64,000 nucleotides of DNA, from contig CAVVKN010000013.1 in NCBI GenBank assembly GCA_963748825.1, positions 1 to 64,000 of the forward strand, in the 5' to 3' direction. This DNA is from Methanotrichaceae archaeon. GTDB lineage: Archaea > Halobacteriota > Methanosarcinia > Methanotrichales > Methanotrichaceae. The first letter of the stretch is position 1. The number at the start of each line of letters is the position of its first letter. Below the pieces are notes generated by a model. The model did no database searches. It had not been told where the DNA came from and worked only from the letters and a program-made list of their open reading frames with translations. The position numbers and the translations under genes are program-made. Below are positions 1 through 10,020 of this stretch, piece by piece.

Positions 1-150
1 TCACTGTACGGTTAATAGCAAAAACAACCCATATAACCAATTCTTCAACATGAGCTTTTCTGGTCTGCTTCTGGATGCCAATTGATTGGAGAAAGCTCAA
101 GAGGGGAAACTATTTAGTTCAACCACGGAACCTTATATAGGGGATATCAA

Positions 151-513
151 GTGAAATATTACTTTGCATTTACAATCCTAGCTATCTATTTAGGATTAGT
201 CGCTACTGGAACGGCTCAAGAGTTCTCCTATACATTCCCACATGATCAAGGACAGGGGATTGAATATTTGGATTCTTATTACCCCGCTTATTATCCATCA
301 GCATATTGGAGCTATCCGTATGTTCCGGCAAAGTATGCTGTCCAGGCTGCAAAAGAGCGTTTATGGGCAAATAAGTATATGAATCCCAATTCGGTTTTTT
401 GGCAAGTACAAGGAACAAAGGAACGATTGTGGGAGGTCAAGAATGCCTGCTATGGCTGCTGGCAAGATTATGGTTGGATGGAGAGTGGCAGTTTTTGGGA
501 GAATAGGTACTAA
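151..513 (+). CDS. Secreted Tyr/Trp-rich hypothetical protein
   Basis: GTG start after GGGGA; signal peptide MKYYFAF...GTA followed by QEFS; repeated KERLW motif. Confidence 0.65.
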   Translation: MKYYFAFTILAIYLGLVATGTAQEFSYTFPHDQGQGIEYLDSYYPAYYPSAYWSYPYVPAKYAVQAAKERLWANKYMNPNSVFWQVQGTKERLWEVKNACYGCWQDYGWMESGSFWENRY

Positions 514-522
514 TCCCTAAAA

Positions 523-621
523 TATATGGGTTATATGGGCTATCATCTCCATTATTTATATCTTTATTAATATTTCTTTTCCACGCGAATAATAGTAGAT
601 ATATCCCATATAACCCATATA
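523..621. repeat. 21-bp inverted repeat, each arm two tandem TATATGGG units
   Basis: 523-543 TATATGGGTTATATGGGCTAT versus 601-621 ATATCCCATATAACCCATATA, 20/21 complementary. Confidence 0.8.
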
Positions 622-714
622 CTTTATTAAATACGTCATTTGCTGGAAACAGAAAAATTTATATACGTTGAATGTCGTTTTAAGATATAACGAATTTAGT
701 ATAGGTGATATGTC

Positions 715-1122
715 ATGAAGATACGAATAATCAGTTCTCGTGAAGAGATCAACTCGATAAGACCGAATGAGAAAGCTGTTCATCTCGCATTTAGAGCATC
801 CAATGTGGACTTCCTCAACCTGCTCCAGAAGGTACCACGCTTGCAGATGGTCCAGGTACCGCCATCCTACATGAAGACCATGTCCAAGGCAATTGAAGTG
901 TTCCTGGACATGCAGGGTGTCAAACTGCTGCAAGGAGATGTATGGGGTCACAGAAAGGACATTGATGAGTACTTCACAGTCCCTGATGAAGCCCTGACTG
1001 TGATCAAGTCCATGACCAAAGAAGGCACAGCACCTGATGAGATCACGAAAGAAGTCCAAAAGACAACCAAGCTGGGATCGGAACTCATCAAGTTTATCGC
1101 ACAAGCTGAGATAGAAGCTTGA
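715..1122 (+). CDS. DUF1699 family protein
   Basis: MKIRIISSREEI...VHLAFRASN...LLQGDVWGHRKDIDEY typical of methanomicrobial DUF1699; GGTGA SD. Confidence 0.85.
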   Translation: MKIRIISSREEINSIRPNEKAVHLAFRASNVDFLNLLQKVPRLQMVQVPPSYMKTMSKAIEVFLDMQGVKLLQGDVWGHRKDIDEYFTVPDEALTVIKSMTKEGTAPDEITKEVQKTTKLGSELIKFIAQAEIEA

Positions 1123-1257
1123 TACAACGATTCAACAATTTTTTTTAAAAAATAGTTAATGATATAGCTGTATCTAAAATACAGTCGAATAAATCATAGG
1201 TTATTCATCGTTGGATCGTTGTAGTAAGCTAAAGCATATCTATTCCATAACAACGAT
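1123..1257. repeat. Inverted repeat of tandem CAACGAT units plus one extra copy
   Basis: 1123-1139 TACAACGATTCAACAAT versus 1207-1223 ATCGTTGGATCGTTGTA (15/17); further CAACGAT at 1251-1257. Confidence 0.65.
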
Positions 1258-1690
1258 GGCATCATGAAGTACACTCAGCGATCATTTTTCAATATTGTCT
1301 CTCATTCTATCGGGTCAATTTATGTGTAGTCCCGAAACCTTTGACTTTATATACCCATCAATGGGGCATGGGAAAGAAGAATAAAGTTGTAAAGCTAAGT
1401 GAAGGTTGTGAATAAGTTAAGGGTTGGTATTTTGATCTGTTTCAGAATCAGGATCATTAGATACTGTTTTTTCAGGATAGCACTTGGCGGAGGACGTTCA
1501 TGGAATCACTCGCCGTAAATGAGTTCAAAAAACTCCAACCTCTTATTTTGATCACTACCCGCTCTGCACTCAATAGATATAAATATAATATTTGCATACA
1601 AGTGTTTGTTGATAATCAGCTACAAATATCCGTATTTCCTAATAGAGTCAAAACTTCCGCATCTCACCATTTAAATTTGAGGTATCTAAC

Positions 1691-2083
1691 ATGAAGAGAC
1701 TAGCGAGCATGTTTCTGGCTGCGATCGCAGCCGTCTTATTAGCCTTGGCCACAACGTCTGCTGGCAGCATCTGCGACAATGCCCCCTGCGAAGAAGTCAT
1801 CAATGTCACGGCAGGAGAGAATTTTACCATCGAGCTGGAGTCCAACGCTGGTTCAACAGGCTTTGAATGGTGGAACCAGTTCGATACCGAGTACCTGAGC
1901 CTTGTGTCCTCATCCGAACTGTCCGGCAATGCAAAGCCGGGATGGGTTGGTGTGCCTGGCAAAAAGCTCTTTGAATTCAGCGCCAAAAAGCCCGGCAGCA
2001 CGCAGGTTATCATGCTCTTGCTCCAGCCCTGGGAGAACAGCACCGTAGAAGAGAGAAAGATATTCCCAGTCAATATTTCCTAG
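1691..2083 (+). CDS. Secreted protease inhibitor I42 (chagasin) family protein
   Basis: Signal peptide; GENFTIELESNAGSTGFEW, VGVPG, and LQPWE motifs match chagasin NPTTGY.W / GAGG / RPWE. Confidence 0.85.
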   Translation: MKRLASMFLAAIAAVLLALATTSAGSICDNAPCEEVINVTAGENFTIELESNAGSTGFEWWNQFDTEYLSLVSSSELSGNAKPGWVGVPGKKLFEFSAKKPGSTQVIMLLLQPWENSTVEERKIFPVNIS

Positions 2084-2088
2084 ATGCA

Positions 2089-2874
2089 ATGCCAACCTTG
2101 CGACTTCTCTCCTGGAATGTGAACGGGCTAAGAGCCATTTATAAAAAGGGCTTCGTAGATTGGCTTAAAGGAGATATGCCGGATATGCTCTGCCTGCAGG
2201 AGATAAAGGTGGCAGCCGATCAGGTCCCTGCAGAGCTAAAGAGCATGCCTGGCTACTTTTCCTACTTCGGCTCGGGGGAGAGAAAAGGGCGGGATGGAGT
2301 GGCTCTTTTCTCTAAAACAGAGCCCCTGAGCGTAAAATACACGCTGGGAATCGATGGCTTTGATGACGAGCATCGAGCTATTGTGGCCGATTATGGACAG
2401 TTCCTGCTCTTCGTTGTCTACTTTCCCAATGGCAAAGCCTCCCCGGAGCGACTGGAGTACAAGCTGAAGTTCTATGATCTTTTTTTGGACCACATCGACA
2501 GGCTCAAGGCCGAGGGCAGGAAGATTGTTATCTGCGGGGACATCAATACTGCCCACAAGGAGATCGATCTGGCCCGTCCCAAGGCCAACGAGAAGATCTC
2601 AGGATTTTTGCCGGTGGAGAGGGCCTGGATGGACCGGCTGGTCGAAAGAGGCTTTCTAGACACATTTCGTATCTTTCATGCGGAGGGCGAGAACTACTCC
2701 TGGTGGGATCTGAAGACACGGGCCCGCGAAAGAAATGTAGGCTGGAGGATCGACTATTTCTTCGTGAGTGAAAATCTGCGGGATGCCGTCTCGTCGGCGT
2801 TTATCCTTAAAGATGTCACAGGCGCCGATCACTGCCCGGTGGGCATTGAGCTTGAGATCGACTCACGTTCATAA
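2089..2874 (+). CDS. xth: Exodeoxyribonuclease III / AP endonuclease
   Basis: SWNVNGLRA, LQEIK, YFPNG, GDINTAH, WRIDYF, DHCPV motifs. Confidence 0.95.
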   Translation: MPTLRLLSWNVNGLRAIYKKGFVDWLKGDMPDMLCLQEIKVAADQVPAELKSMPGYFSYFGSGERKGRDGVALFSKTEPLSVKYTLGIDGFDDEHRAIVADYGQFLLFVVYFPNGKASPERLEYKLKFYDLFLDHIDRLKAEGRKIVICGDINTAHKEIDLARPKANEKISGFLPVERAWMDRLVERGFLDTFRIFHAEGENYSWWDLKTRARERNVGWRIDYFFVSENLRDAVSSAFILKDVTGADHCPVGIELEIDSRS

Positions 2875-2942
2875 TTCATAAGACTCATGTTACCAGAACC
2901 AAAGGTTCGTAGGAAAAAGGTTTTATCAGTAATTGAGTAAGG

Positions 2943-5768
2943 GTGAAGAATATGAGGCTGGCCTGGCCACCGCCCTGGCATCTAATTGCGTCTGTTTTGA
3001 TCTCTGTTATAGCTTTAGCCCTAGTTCATCTGTCGCCGCCATCCCTGCAGGGCGCGCTATCAATCCCTGCCCTCATTTTCGTGTTCCTCATTCCTGGATA
3101 TCTTGCCACACTATCGCTATTTCCCGGCAAAAGCGACCTTAGTGGGCACAGGCGCGCATTTCTCTGCCTGGCCACTTCTGCTTTGCTGGCAGGACTATTC
3201 AGCCTCATTCTGACGGCTACTCCCCGAGGACTGCAGAGTGCGTCTTTAGCCACAATTCTCTCTCTTCTGGCCATATTACTGGCGGCGGTGGCCTATGGCC
3301 GCTGGTCGAATCTGCCCCGCAAGAGAAGATTTCTTCTTTTGCCAAAGAGGGGACTGGGATCGACGCGTGCCCTTCCCCGTATTTCCCTGGAAAGCATCGC
3401 GAGCAGGCGTGTCGCTCTGGCCATCTTCCTGTTGGCGGCCTGTTTTATAGCTGCCCTGGCTTTTGCCTTTGGCCCATATCAGAGTTCTTCCGGCGAGCCA
3501 ATCACAGAGCTTGAGGGCACCTGGCCCTGGCCCCAAGAAGCATTAAGCCCCCTGTATTCATATTTAGAGGAAGGAAAGAAGCTATTCGTCAAGGCAGGGA
3601 TAATAAACTATGAAAAAAAGCCACTGAATTACATCTTAAATAATTCCGGCCCGTCAATCAGTCAATCCATAGCCTTGAACTCAACGGGTATCAATTCTAC
3701 TCGATTCAATGCAACGGATATCAACTCCACAAAAATCAATGCCACCGAGAACAATTCTCCTGTAATTTTTGAAGATAAAAGCAAGGTAACCGTTCTCAGC
3801 GCGGGAGGAGGCGGCAGCTCATCGAGTAGCTCTCAGACTGCGGTTAAAAAGCCTGCTTCTCAGAAGGCTTTGCAGCCCGAAAAGACGGCAAGTTCTCCTC
3901 CAACTGCTGCCAGCATAGCAGCCAGCAAAGTGCAGAACAATACCTCAGTTGCCGGAAAAAATGTTTCGAGCTTAAGCATCCCATCGAATGGAGAGAATCA
4001 GCCAGAAAAAAATAATCTGACTTTAGAAGACAATACATCTTTGAAGTACAATCTGACTCTTAATCGGGCCGGCACGCAAGAGATTGTGCCTGCGGCAAAG
4101 CCCGCACCATCTCCATCCTCCACAGTTGCAGCCAATGAAACGAAAGCTGCTACGGGAGAGATCTTGACATCTGTGCAAGCTTCTGCAGCGCCGGTGACAG
4201 CTCCCTCGCCTGATGCCAATATCTCTTCGAAATTGGCTGCATCCGAGCCGCCTATCAAGTCTAATGAGTCATCTTCATCTGCAGCACCGAACGTTAATGC
4301 CGATGCCAGCAACGGCACAGAAAAAATATCAGAAAAGACCGCTTCTCCCCAAGTCGGCCCATCCGATGAATCCAATTTATCCAATTCCAATCAGCCTCCT
4401 GCCCTAACGGCCCTTGTGCCGGACAGATCCAGTCCTCAGCAACAGGGTGCAGCGGTCTTCTGGAAGGCGGAGGCAACGGATGAAGAAGGTGACAAAATCC
4501 TTTACAAATTCTTGCTGGACGGCCGTGAGGTGAGGAAATGGTCCAAGACCAATAGCTGGAGCTGGCTCTCTCAAGGTTTGCCGGCAGGAGATTACCAGAT
4601 ATCAGTCCTGGCAATAGATGGCGAGCACGCCTCTTTGGATTCATTTGATAGCATTATAAACGCGAGCTTCACCCTAAGTCGCCCCAACCAGGCTCCAGTT
4701 TTGCAAGCGCTCAAATCAGACAAGGCCAGTCCTCAGAGCAAAGGCGGCATGATAACCTGGACGGCCAGCGCCACCGATCCGGATAACGACAAGATTTACT
4801 ATAAGTTTATGAAGAACGATGAAGATGTGACCGACTGGTCGGTATCCAATTCCTGGGTATGGGATACCTCTTCAGAAAAGCCTGGAGACTATAGGATTGC
4901 CGTGTTGGCTAAAGACGGCTTGCACGCATCGAAGGATTCCTTCGACAGCTCCCTGGATAGCACATTTGCTCTGACATCTCTTAACAGCATCCCGGAAGTT
5001 ACAGCGCTAAAATCGGACCGGTCCAGTCCTCAGGCCAAAGGTGCTGTTATAACCTGGAATGCGATTGCCGTTGATCCTGATGGGGACGAGATCGCCTACA
5101 AATTCCTGGCTAATGAAAAAGAAGTTAGGGAATGGTCATCGTCGAATTCCTGGGTCTGGGAGACATCTTCCACCGCGCCCGGTGAGTATAGGATTAAAGT
5201 CCTGGCCAGGGACGGCAAGCATGCCTCTGAGGATTCATTTGACAGCTTCAAAGACGCGATCATCACTATTACTATTGTAGACTCCAATCAGCCGCCAGTC
5301 TTAAAGGTCCTTGTGCCAGATATTGCCAGCCCAGCGGTCCAGGGCGCGACAGTGATCTGGAAGGCGGAGGCCCAGGACCCGGAAGGCGACAAAATCCTAT
5401 ACAAATTCCAGCTCAATGGCAGGGATATGGGCAGATGGTCCGAATCTACAAGCTGGAAATGGTCCTCCAAGGATCTGCCTGCGGGAGACTATCGAATCCG
5501 GGTTTTGGCCAGGGACGGCAATCATGCCTCCGAGGATTCCTTTGACAGCTCTATGTATGCGGTCTTCTCTCTTATCTCCGAGATCGATCAGCAGATAGAC
5601 CAGCTGATGAAAAAGAGGTCTGCAGAGGCTTCCCAGCAAGAAAACTATCAGTCTTCTGACATTCGGGTAGCCTCAGGCAATGGTACGAACTCCAACGTGG
5701 TTTTGGGAAAAAGTAACAGCACAGCCGGGCAGGAAAAGACAGTCACACCTCGAAAGCTGGGCGGCTAG
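2943..5768 (+). CDS. Membrane-anchored surface protein: DUF1616-like N-terminus, Ser/Ala/Pro-rich linker, four ~100-aa Ig/Y_Y_Y-like repeats
   Basis: N-terminal TM block (FLIPGY..LFPGKSDL); repeats beginning NQPP/NQAP/NSIP/NQPP with W.A.A.D.D.D.I.YKF and G.Y.I.VLA.DG.HAS.DSFD; many NxS/T sequons. Confidence 0.8.
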   Translation: MKNMRLAWPPPWHLIASVLISVIALALVHLSPPSLQGALSIPALIFVFLIPGYLATLSLFPGKSDLSGHRRAFLCLATSALLAGLFSLILTATPRGLQSASLATILSLLAILLAAVAYGRWSNLPRKRRFLLLPKRGLGSTRALPRISLESIASRRVALAIFLLAACFIAALAFAFGPYQSSSGEPITELEGTWPWPQEALSPLYSYLEEGKKLFVKAGIINYEKKPLNYILNNSGPSISQSIALNSTGINSTRFNATDINSTKINATENNSPVIFEDKSKVTVLSAGGGGSSSSSSQTAVKKPASQKALQPEKTASSPPTAASIAASKVQNNTSVAGKNVSSLSIPSNGENQPEKNNLTLEDNTSLKYNLTLNRAGTQEIVPAAKPAPSPSSTVAANETKAATGEILTSVQASAAPVTAPSPDANISSKLAASEPPIKSNESSSSAAPNVNADASNGTEKISEKTASPQVGPSDESNLSNSNQPPALTALVPDRSSPQQQGAAVFWKAEATDEEGDKILYKFLLDGREVRKWSKTNSWSWLSQGLPAGDYQISVLAIDGEHASLDSFDSIINASFTLSRPNQAPVLQALKSDKASPQSKGGMITWTASATDPDNDKIYYKFMKNDEDVTDWSVSNSWVWDTSSEKPGDYRIAVLAKDGLHASKDSFDSSLDSTFALTSLNSIPEVTALKSDRSSPQAKGAVITWNAIAVDPDGDEIAYKFLANEKEVREWSSSNSWVWETSSTAPGEYRIKVLARDGKHASEDSFDSFKDAIITITIVDSNQPPVLKVLVPDIASPAVQGATVIWKAEAQDPEGDKILYKFQLNGRDMGRWSESTSWKWSSKDLPAGDYRIRVLARDGNHASEDSFDSSMYAVFSLISEIDQQIDQLMKKRSAEASQQENYQSSDIRVASGNGTNSNVVLGKSNSTAGQEKTVTPRKLGG

Positions 5769-5859
5769 GCTGCAAGAGATTTATGGCCGGTATTCTCCGG
5801 ACCTCATAATTTTAGAGCCTACATAGAAAAATTTTTAACTGTAGGGCCACCAAGCTCTC

Positions 5860-6720
5860 TTGATGCACTCGATCGATGTTTCTTCGGCCCTGACTAAAAT
5901 CGCTGACAAGACCTGCGAACCAAATTCTGCAGGCAGAGTCACTGTGGGCAACATAAAGATGTATTACCAGATCCATGGCCAGGGAGAGCCATTGCTCATG
6001 ATTATGGGACTGGGGGGCCACTCTCTTGATTGGGGATGGATCGTGCCCCAAAAATTGGCAGATCGCTACAAAGTAATTCTGTTTGATAATCGCGGCTCAG
6101 GTCGCAGCGATCAGTCCGGCCCCTGTACCATTGAGCAGATGGCCAAAGATACCGTCGGTCTGATGGATGCCCTGGCAATTGATCGAGCCCATGTCTTTGG
6201 AGGGAGCATGGGTGGCATGATCGCCCTGCAAATGGCATTGGATCACCCGGAGCATGTCAATAAGCTGGTGCTCGGGGCCACCTCGGCCGGTGGGAAATCC
6301 AGGATTTTTCCGCCGCCCGAAATCCAGAAATATTTCTATCCCAGGCAGGACCTTTCCGCTCATGATTACTTGTTATGGACCGGAGCTGTCTGCTATCCTC
6401 AGGAGTTCATTGACGCTCATCCGGATACAGTGGAGCGGAAGATTCAGGCCAATCTTGCTTACCCAGGTACCCTTGCATCCTACATGGCCCAGCTTGAGGC
6501 CTTCATGGCTTTTGATGTCGATGAGCGCTTGAATACGATTCAAGTGCCGACAATGATAATAATCGGAAATCAGGATGTACTAACTCCGCCGCCAAATAGC
6601 TTCCGGATAGCCGGGGCAATTCCAGGCGCACAAATACGCGAGATTGACGGTGCTGGGCATATCTTTTGGATCAGCCATCCGGAGGAGACCGTGACGATAG
6701 TAACGGAATTCCTGGGATAA
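5860..6720 (+). CDS. Alpha/beta-fold hydrolase
   Basis: DNRGSGRS, GGSMGG nucleophile elbow, GNQDVLTP, GAGH. Confidence 0.9.
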   Translation: MMHSIDVSSALTKIADKTCEPNSAGRVTVGNIKMYYQIHGQGEPLLMIMGLGGHSLDWGWIVPQKLADRYKVILFDNRGSGRSDQSGPCTIEQMAKDTVGLMDALAIDRAHVFGGSMGGMIALQMALDHPEHVNKLVLGATSAGGKSRIFPPPEIQKYFYPRQDLSAHDYLLWTGAVCYPQEFIDAHPDTVERKIQANLAYPGTLASYMAQLEAFMAFDVDERLNTIQVPTMIIIGNQDVLTPPPNSFRIAGAIPGAQIREIDGAGHIFWISHPEETVTIVTEFLG

Positions 6721-7157
6721 GGGGGCAGACTTTTTTTTGTTCTGCGCTGGGATCTTACAAGATTTATTCTGCGCTTTGAGATTGACATCTTTTCGATCTT
6801 AATCTTGAAAAAAACATTCCAGCTACTCCTGACTTGGATTGGCCAGCTGGCGCTTTCCATTCCGGCCCGGCAGCCCTGTGGGTGGCGGCCAGGCGGGCCT
6901 GGGAGCCCGGATGTTGCCGCTCGCTCATGGGCGCGGGAGCACGCGGGTGGGCACTTCATGGATGAAAGGAACGAACTCGCGACTTTGGTCCGACGAAAAA
7001 TACCGTAGCCTGGACACGCGAGAATCCCGTCCCTCGCACGCAATCGCAGCTCGACCAGGTTCCTTTAACGTATCCGATCATTCTGATCACATTCGCCCCA
7101 CCTGCCTCGTCCTTATCTCCTCTGCCTGCAGCAAGATAGCCTTTGGGGGAGGTGCGT

Positions 7158-8958
7158 ATGTGGATTTTCGACTCTTACTACAAGGGCTGTGTCGAGCTGT
7201 GGGGCCGTGAACGAGGACTCACCAAAGCCTGCGTCGCCTATTCTCCCTCATTTTACATGCATCTCAAGGACCCTCCCGCCCACCGGGAGATGATCGAGGC
7301 CCTGGAGAGCCGCTTCAAAGCAGAGGAATGCAGCTTCAGAACCATCTTCGGCATCTTCCAGGGCCACAGAATCTATGCCAGCCGCAAAGTAGCCGAGAAG
7401 ATCGAGATCCAAACCCGCCACCAGGCCGAGCTCTACAACGTAGACGTCCGCCAGGATCAGCGCTACATGGCAGAGCACGACCTCTTTCCCTGTGGAGACA
7501 GAGACGAGTCCAGGTTCTCACCTGACTTTGAGGTCCCTTTGACCAGCCTGGAAATACAGGTGGCTGGAGATCCTTCCATGCCCAGGGATATCTCCCGCAT
7601 CGAGATCCTGGATGGCCGCAAGCGGAGGCTGGAAGGGCCAGAGAGGCAGGTCCTCTCCGATCTACTGGAGCTGATCAAGTCCCACGATCCCGACCAGATC
7701 CTATGTCCACATGCCGATACCTGGGTTCCCCTCATGGTTCGCAAGGCCAGAAGATACGACCTGGAGCCGACCGTCCTCATGGCCTCCCGGCTCTCTGGCC
7801 TCTCTCCCAATCTCACCTCTCGCTTCACTCCCGGCACGCTCATCTCCAGCTACGAGGTCTTCGAGGCTCTGCGCCGGGGCGTAGCAGTGCCCTTTCGGAA
7901 GAGGGATGCAGAGGGCCTCAGAAACATCTCGGAGCTGAGGGCCTGCGACAAAGGCGGCATGATCTTCCAGCCCGAACCTGGCGTGTACGAGAAAGTCCAC
8001 CAGATCGACTTCACTTCCCTATATCCTTCTATCATTGTCAAGTACAACCTCTCCCCCGAAACCGTTCGAGATCCCGAGCTGAAGGGCTTTCTGAGCACCG
8101 TGCTCTCCGAGCTGCTCAATTTGCGCATCGAGACCAAGAGGCTGAAGAAGACCAACTTGGATTACGCCGGCATAGACTCTATCCTCAAATGGATGCTGGT
8201 AACCTGCTTCGGCTATACCGGCTACAGGAACGCCAAGTTCGGCCAGATCCAGGTTCACGAGAGGATTACAGAGATCTCAAGGGAGCTTCTCATGCAGATC
8301 AAGGAACTGGCCGAGAGCATGAACTTCCAGGTCCTGCACGGTATCGTGGACTGCTTATGGGTAATCGGCGAGCCCATAGCAAGCTTCAAGGAAGCCGTGG
8401 AGAGGGAGACGGGCATCTTGACGGAGGTGGACTCCTACGACTGGATCGCCTTCCTGCCCATGGCCGATGGCTCGGGAGCCTATAACCGCTACTTCGGGCG
8501 GCTGAATACAGGCAAGATGAAGATCCGGGGCGTGATGGCTCGCAAGGGAGACACGCCCGAGTACGCGCTCCGGATGCAGAAAGAGCTGTTCGAGGTTCTG
8601 GGCGAGGCGAGGAGCCGAGAGGAGCTGAGGAGGATTGAGCCCAAGGCCCAGAGAGGTGCGCAGGCGGTACATGGACGAGCTTGTAGAGGCCGACGTCCGG
8701 GAGCTGGCCATTCATCGCAGGGTTAGCAGGCTGAGCTATTCCCGCAGGTGTGCTGAGGCTTCCGCGGTGCAGGCTCACTTGAAGCAGGGAATTTCATTGG
8801 CTCCGGGGATGGAGATAGGCTACGTGGTGAAGGACGCCAAAAAGTGGGAGGTGGAACCGGAGAGGACGGCATCGGAGTTCGATATAGGGTACTACGGGAA
8901 GCTGCTGGAGAAGGCTTGGGGAGAGATAGCGTATGTGTTTATGCAGAACAATCCCTGA
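7158..8958 (+). pseudogene. polB2: Family B DNA polymerase, PolB2-type, frameshifted near 8648 and probably internally deleted near 7772
   Basis: GGAGG SD then MWIFDS; motif A DFTSLYPSII, motif B KWMLVTCFGYTG, motif C HGIVD; C-terminus (REVRRRY...YYGKLLEKAW) lies in a different frame (ORF 8635-8958). Confidence 0.85.
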
Positions 8959-8976
8959 GGCTGCAGATCCAGGCAC

Positions 8977-9192
8977 ATGGTCTCTAAGGCCATGAAGCTG
9001 CAGACAGCCAAGGAGATGCTGGGGGAGGTCTTTGGTGCCAGGCCCGGCGAGGTGGAGGAGATGATACAGAGGTGGCTGGTGGGGAGGAGCCGGCCGGAGA
9101 CGTTCTGCCTGGTGGGCGCAGCTGTGGGTGGAGGTTCGAGTGAGCAGGAGTGGAGGAAAAAAGGTCTCGGGCTCTTAGGTAGTCTATCTTGA
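8977..9192 (+). CDS. Small hypothetical protein or remnant downstream of polB2
   Basis: ATG ORF; N-terminal half is helical and protein-like, C-terminal half looks degenerate. Confidence 0.35.
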   Translation: MVSKAMKLQTAKEMLGEVFGARPGEVEEMIQRWLVGRSRPETFCLVGAAVGGGSSEQEWRKKGLGLLGSLS

Positions 9193-9339
9193 GCCCGTTA
9201 ATACTGCTCAGGTTGGGTCAAGTAGCTCGTCGTGGATTCGCTTAATGCTTTCCAGAGGCGAGTCTGTATCGGTTCGTAAGATCTGCTCAGATGGAAAGAC
9301 AGCAATGGACGGGCCGATTCTTCTGCAATATTATGATCT

Positions 9340-9777
9340 TCATTGCCTATCACGTCCAGAGAAGACGGATGCGACAAAGAAAACCAGCCCACCGATTATC
9401 AGCAGCCCAATGAAGAGAGATGCATAAGGATATTTATTTTCCGAAGATGACGCAGAGGCGGTCTGGTTGGATTTTGGTGGCGAATTCTCCACTATTTCAG
9501 TCTCCTTTTCTTCTTCCTGCAGGGATCTTTCAGGTATTGTTGATGCGCCTACTACTATTGTATTGAGGGGGACCTGCACTTCTCGATAATCTCCAGGCTT
9601 AGCGTATTCATATCTTATGTTTTCGTCCACTCGTTCCTTGCTAATATATTGAATACCATCCCGGGTATACGCCGTCTTGGTCTCAATGCCAAAGCAGGGC
9701 GCTGCCAGTAATGTCAAAAGAATGAACAGGCTGACGAACAGGACGATAACCGCTCCAATTCTATAAAACTTGCCCAT
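9340..9777 (-). CDS. Hypothetical membrane protein (N-terminal signal or TM, C-terminal TM)
   Basis: GGAGGAG SD; hydrophobic termini around a polar domain. Confidence 0.7.
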   Translation of the reverse strand: MGKFYRIGAVIVLFVSLFILLTLLAAPCFGIETKTAYTRDGIQYISKERVDENIRYEYAKPGDYREVQVPLNTIVVGASTIPERSLQEEEKETEIVENSPPKSNQTASASSSENKYPYASLFIGLLIIGGLVFFVASVFSGRDRQ

Positions 9778-10020
9778 GACACTCCTCCATTCTCTCCCCA
9801 GGCACCATCATTCTCATTCTATGATTTAATTCCTCCGCTGGAGATGGTGTCACTTTAACTCTGGATTTTCCTGGATTTCGGTTCGAGATGAACGGGATGA
9901 GCACGTTTGATTTGAGAACCAATTTGAGCTGAAAATCAAAACCTGCTAAGATTGCTCTTGTCCTTCAATTTTGATTGTTTTGAGATACATTTTTAATGAG
10001 CACTGCATAAAGCTAATGCC

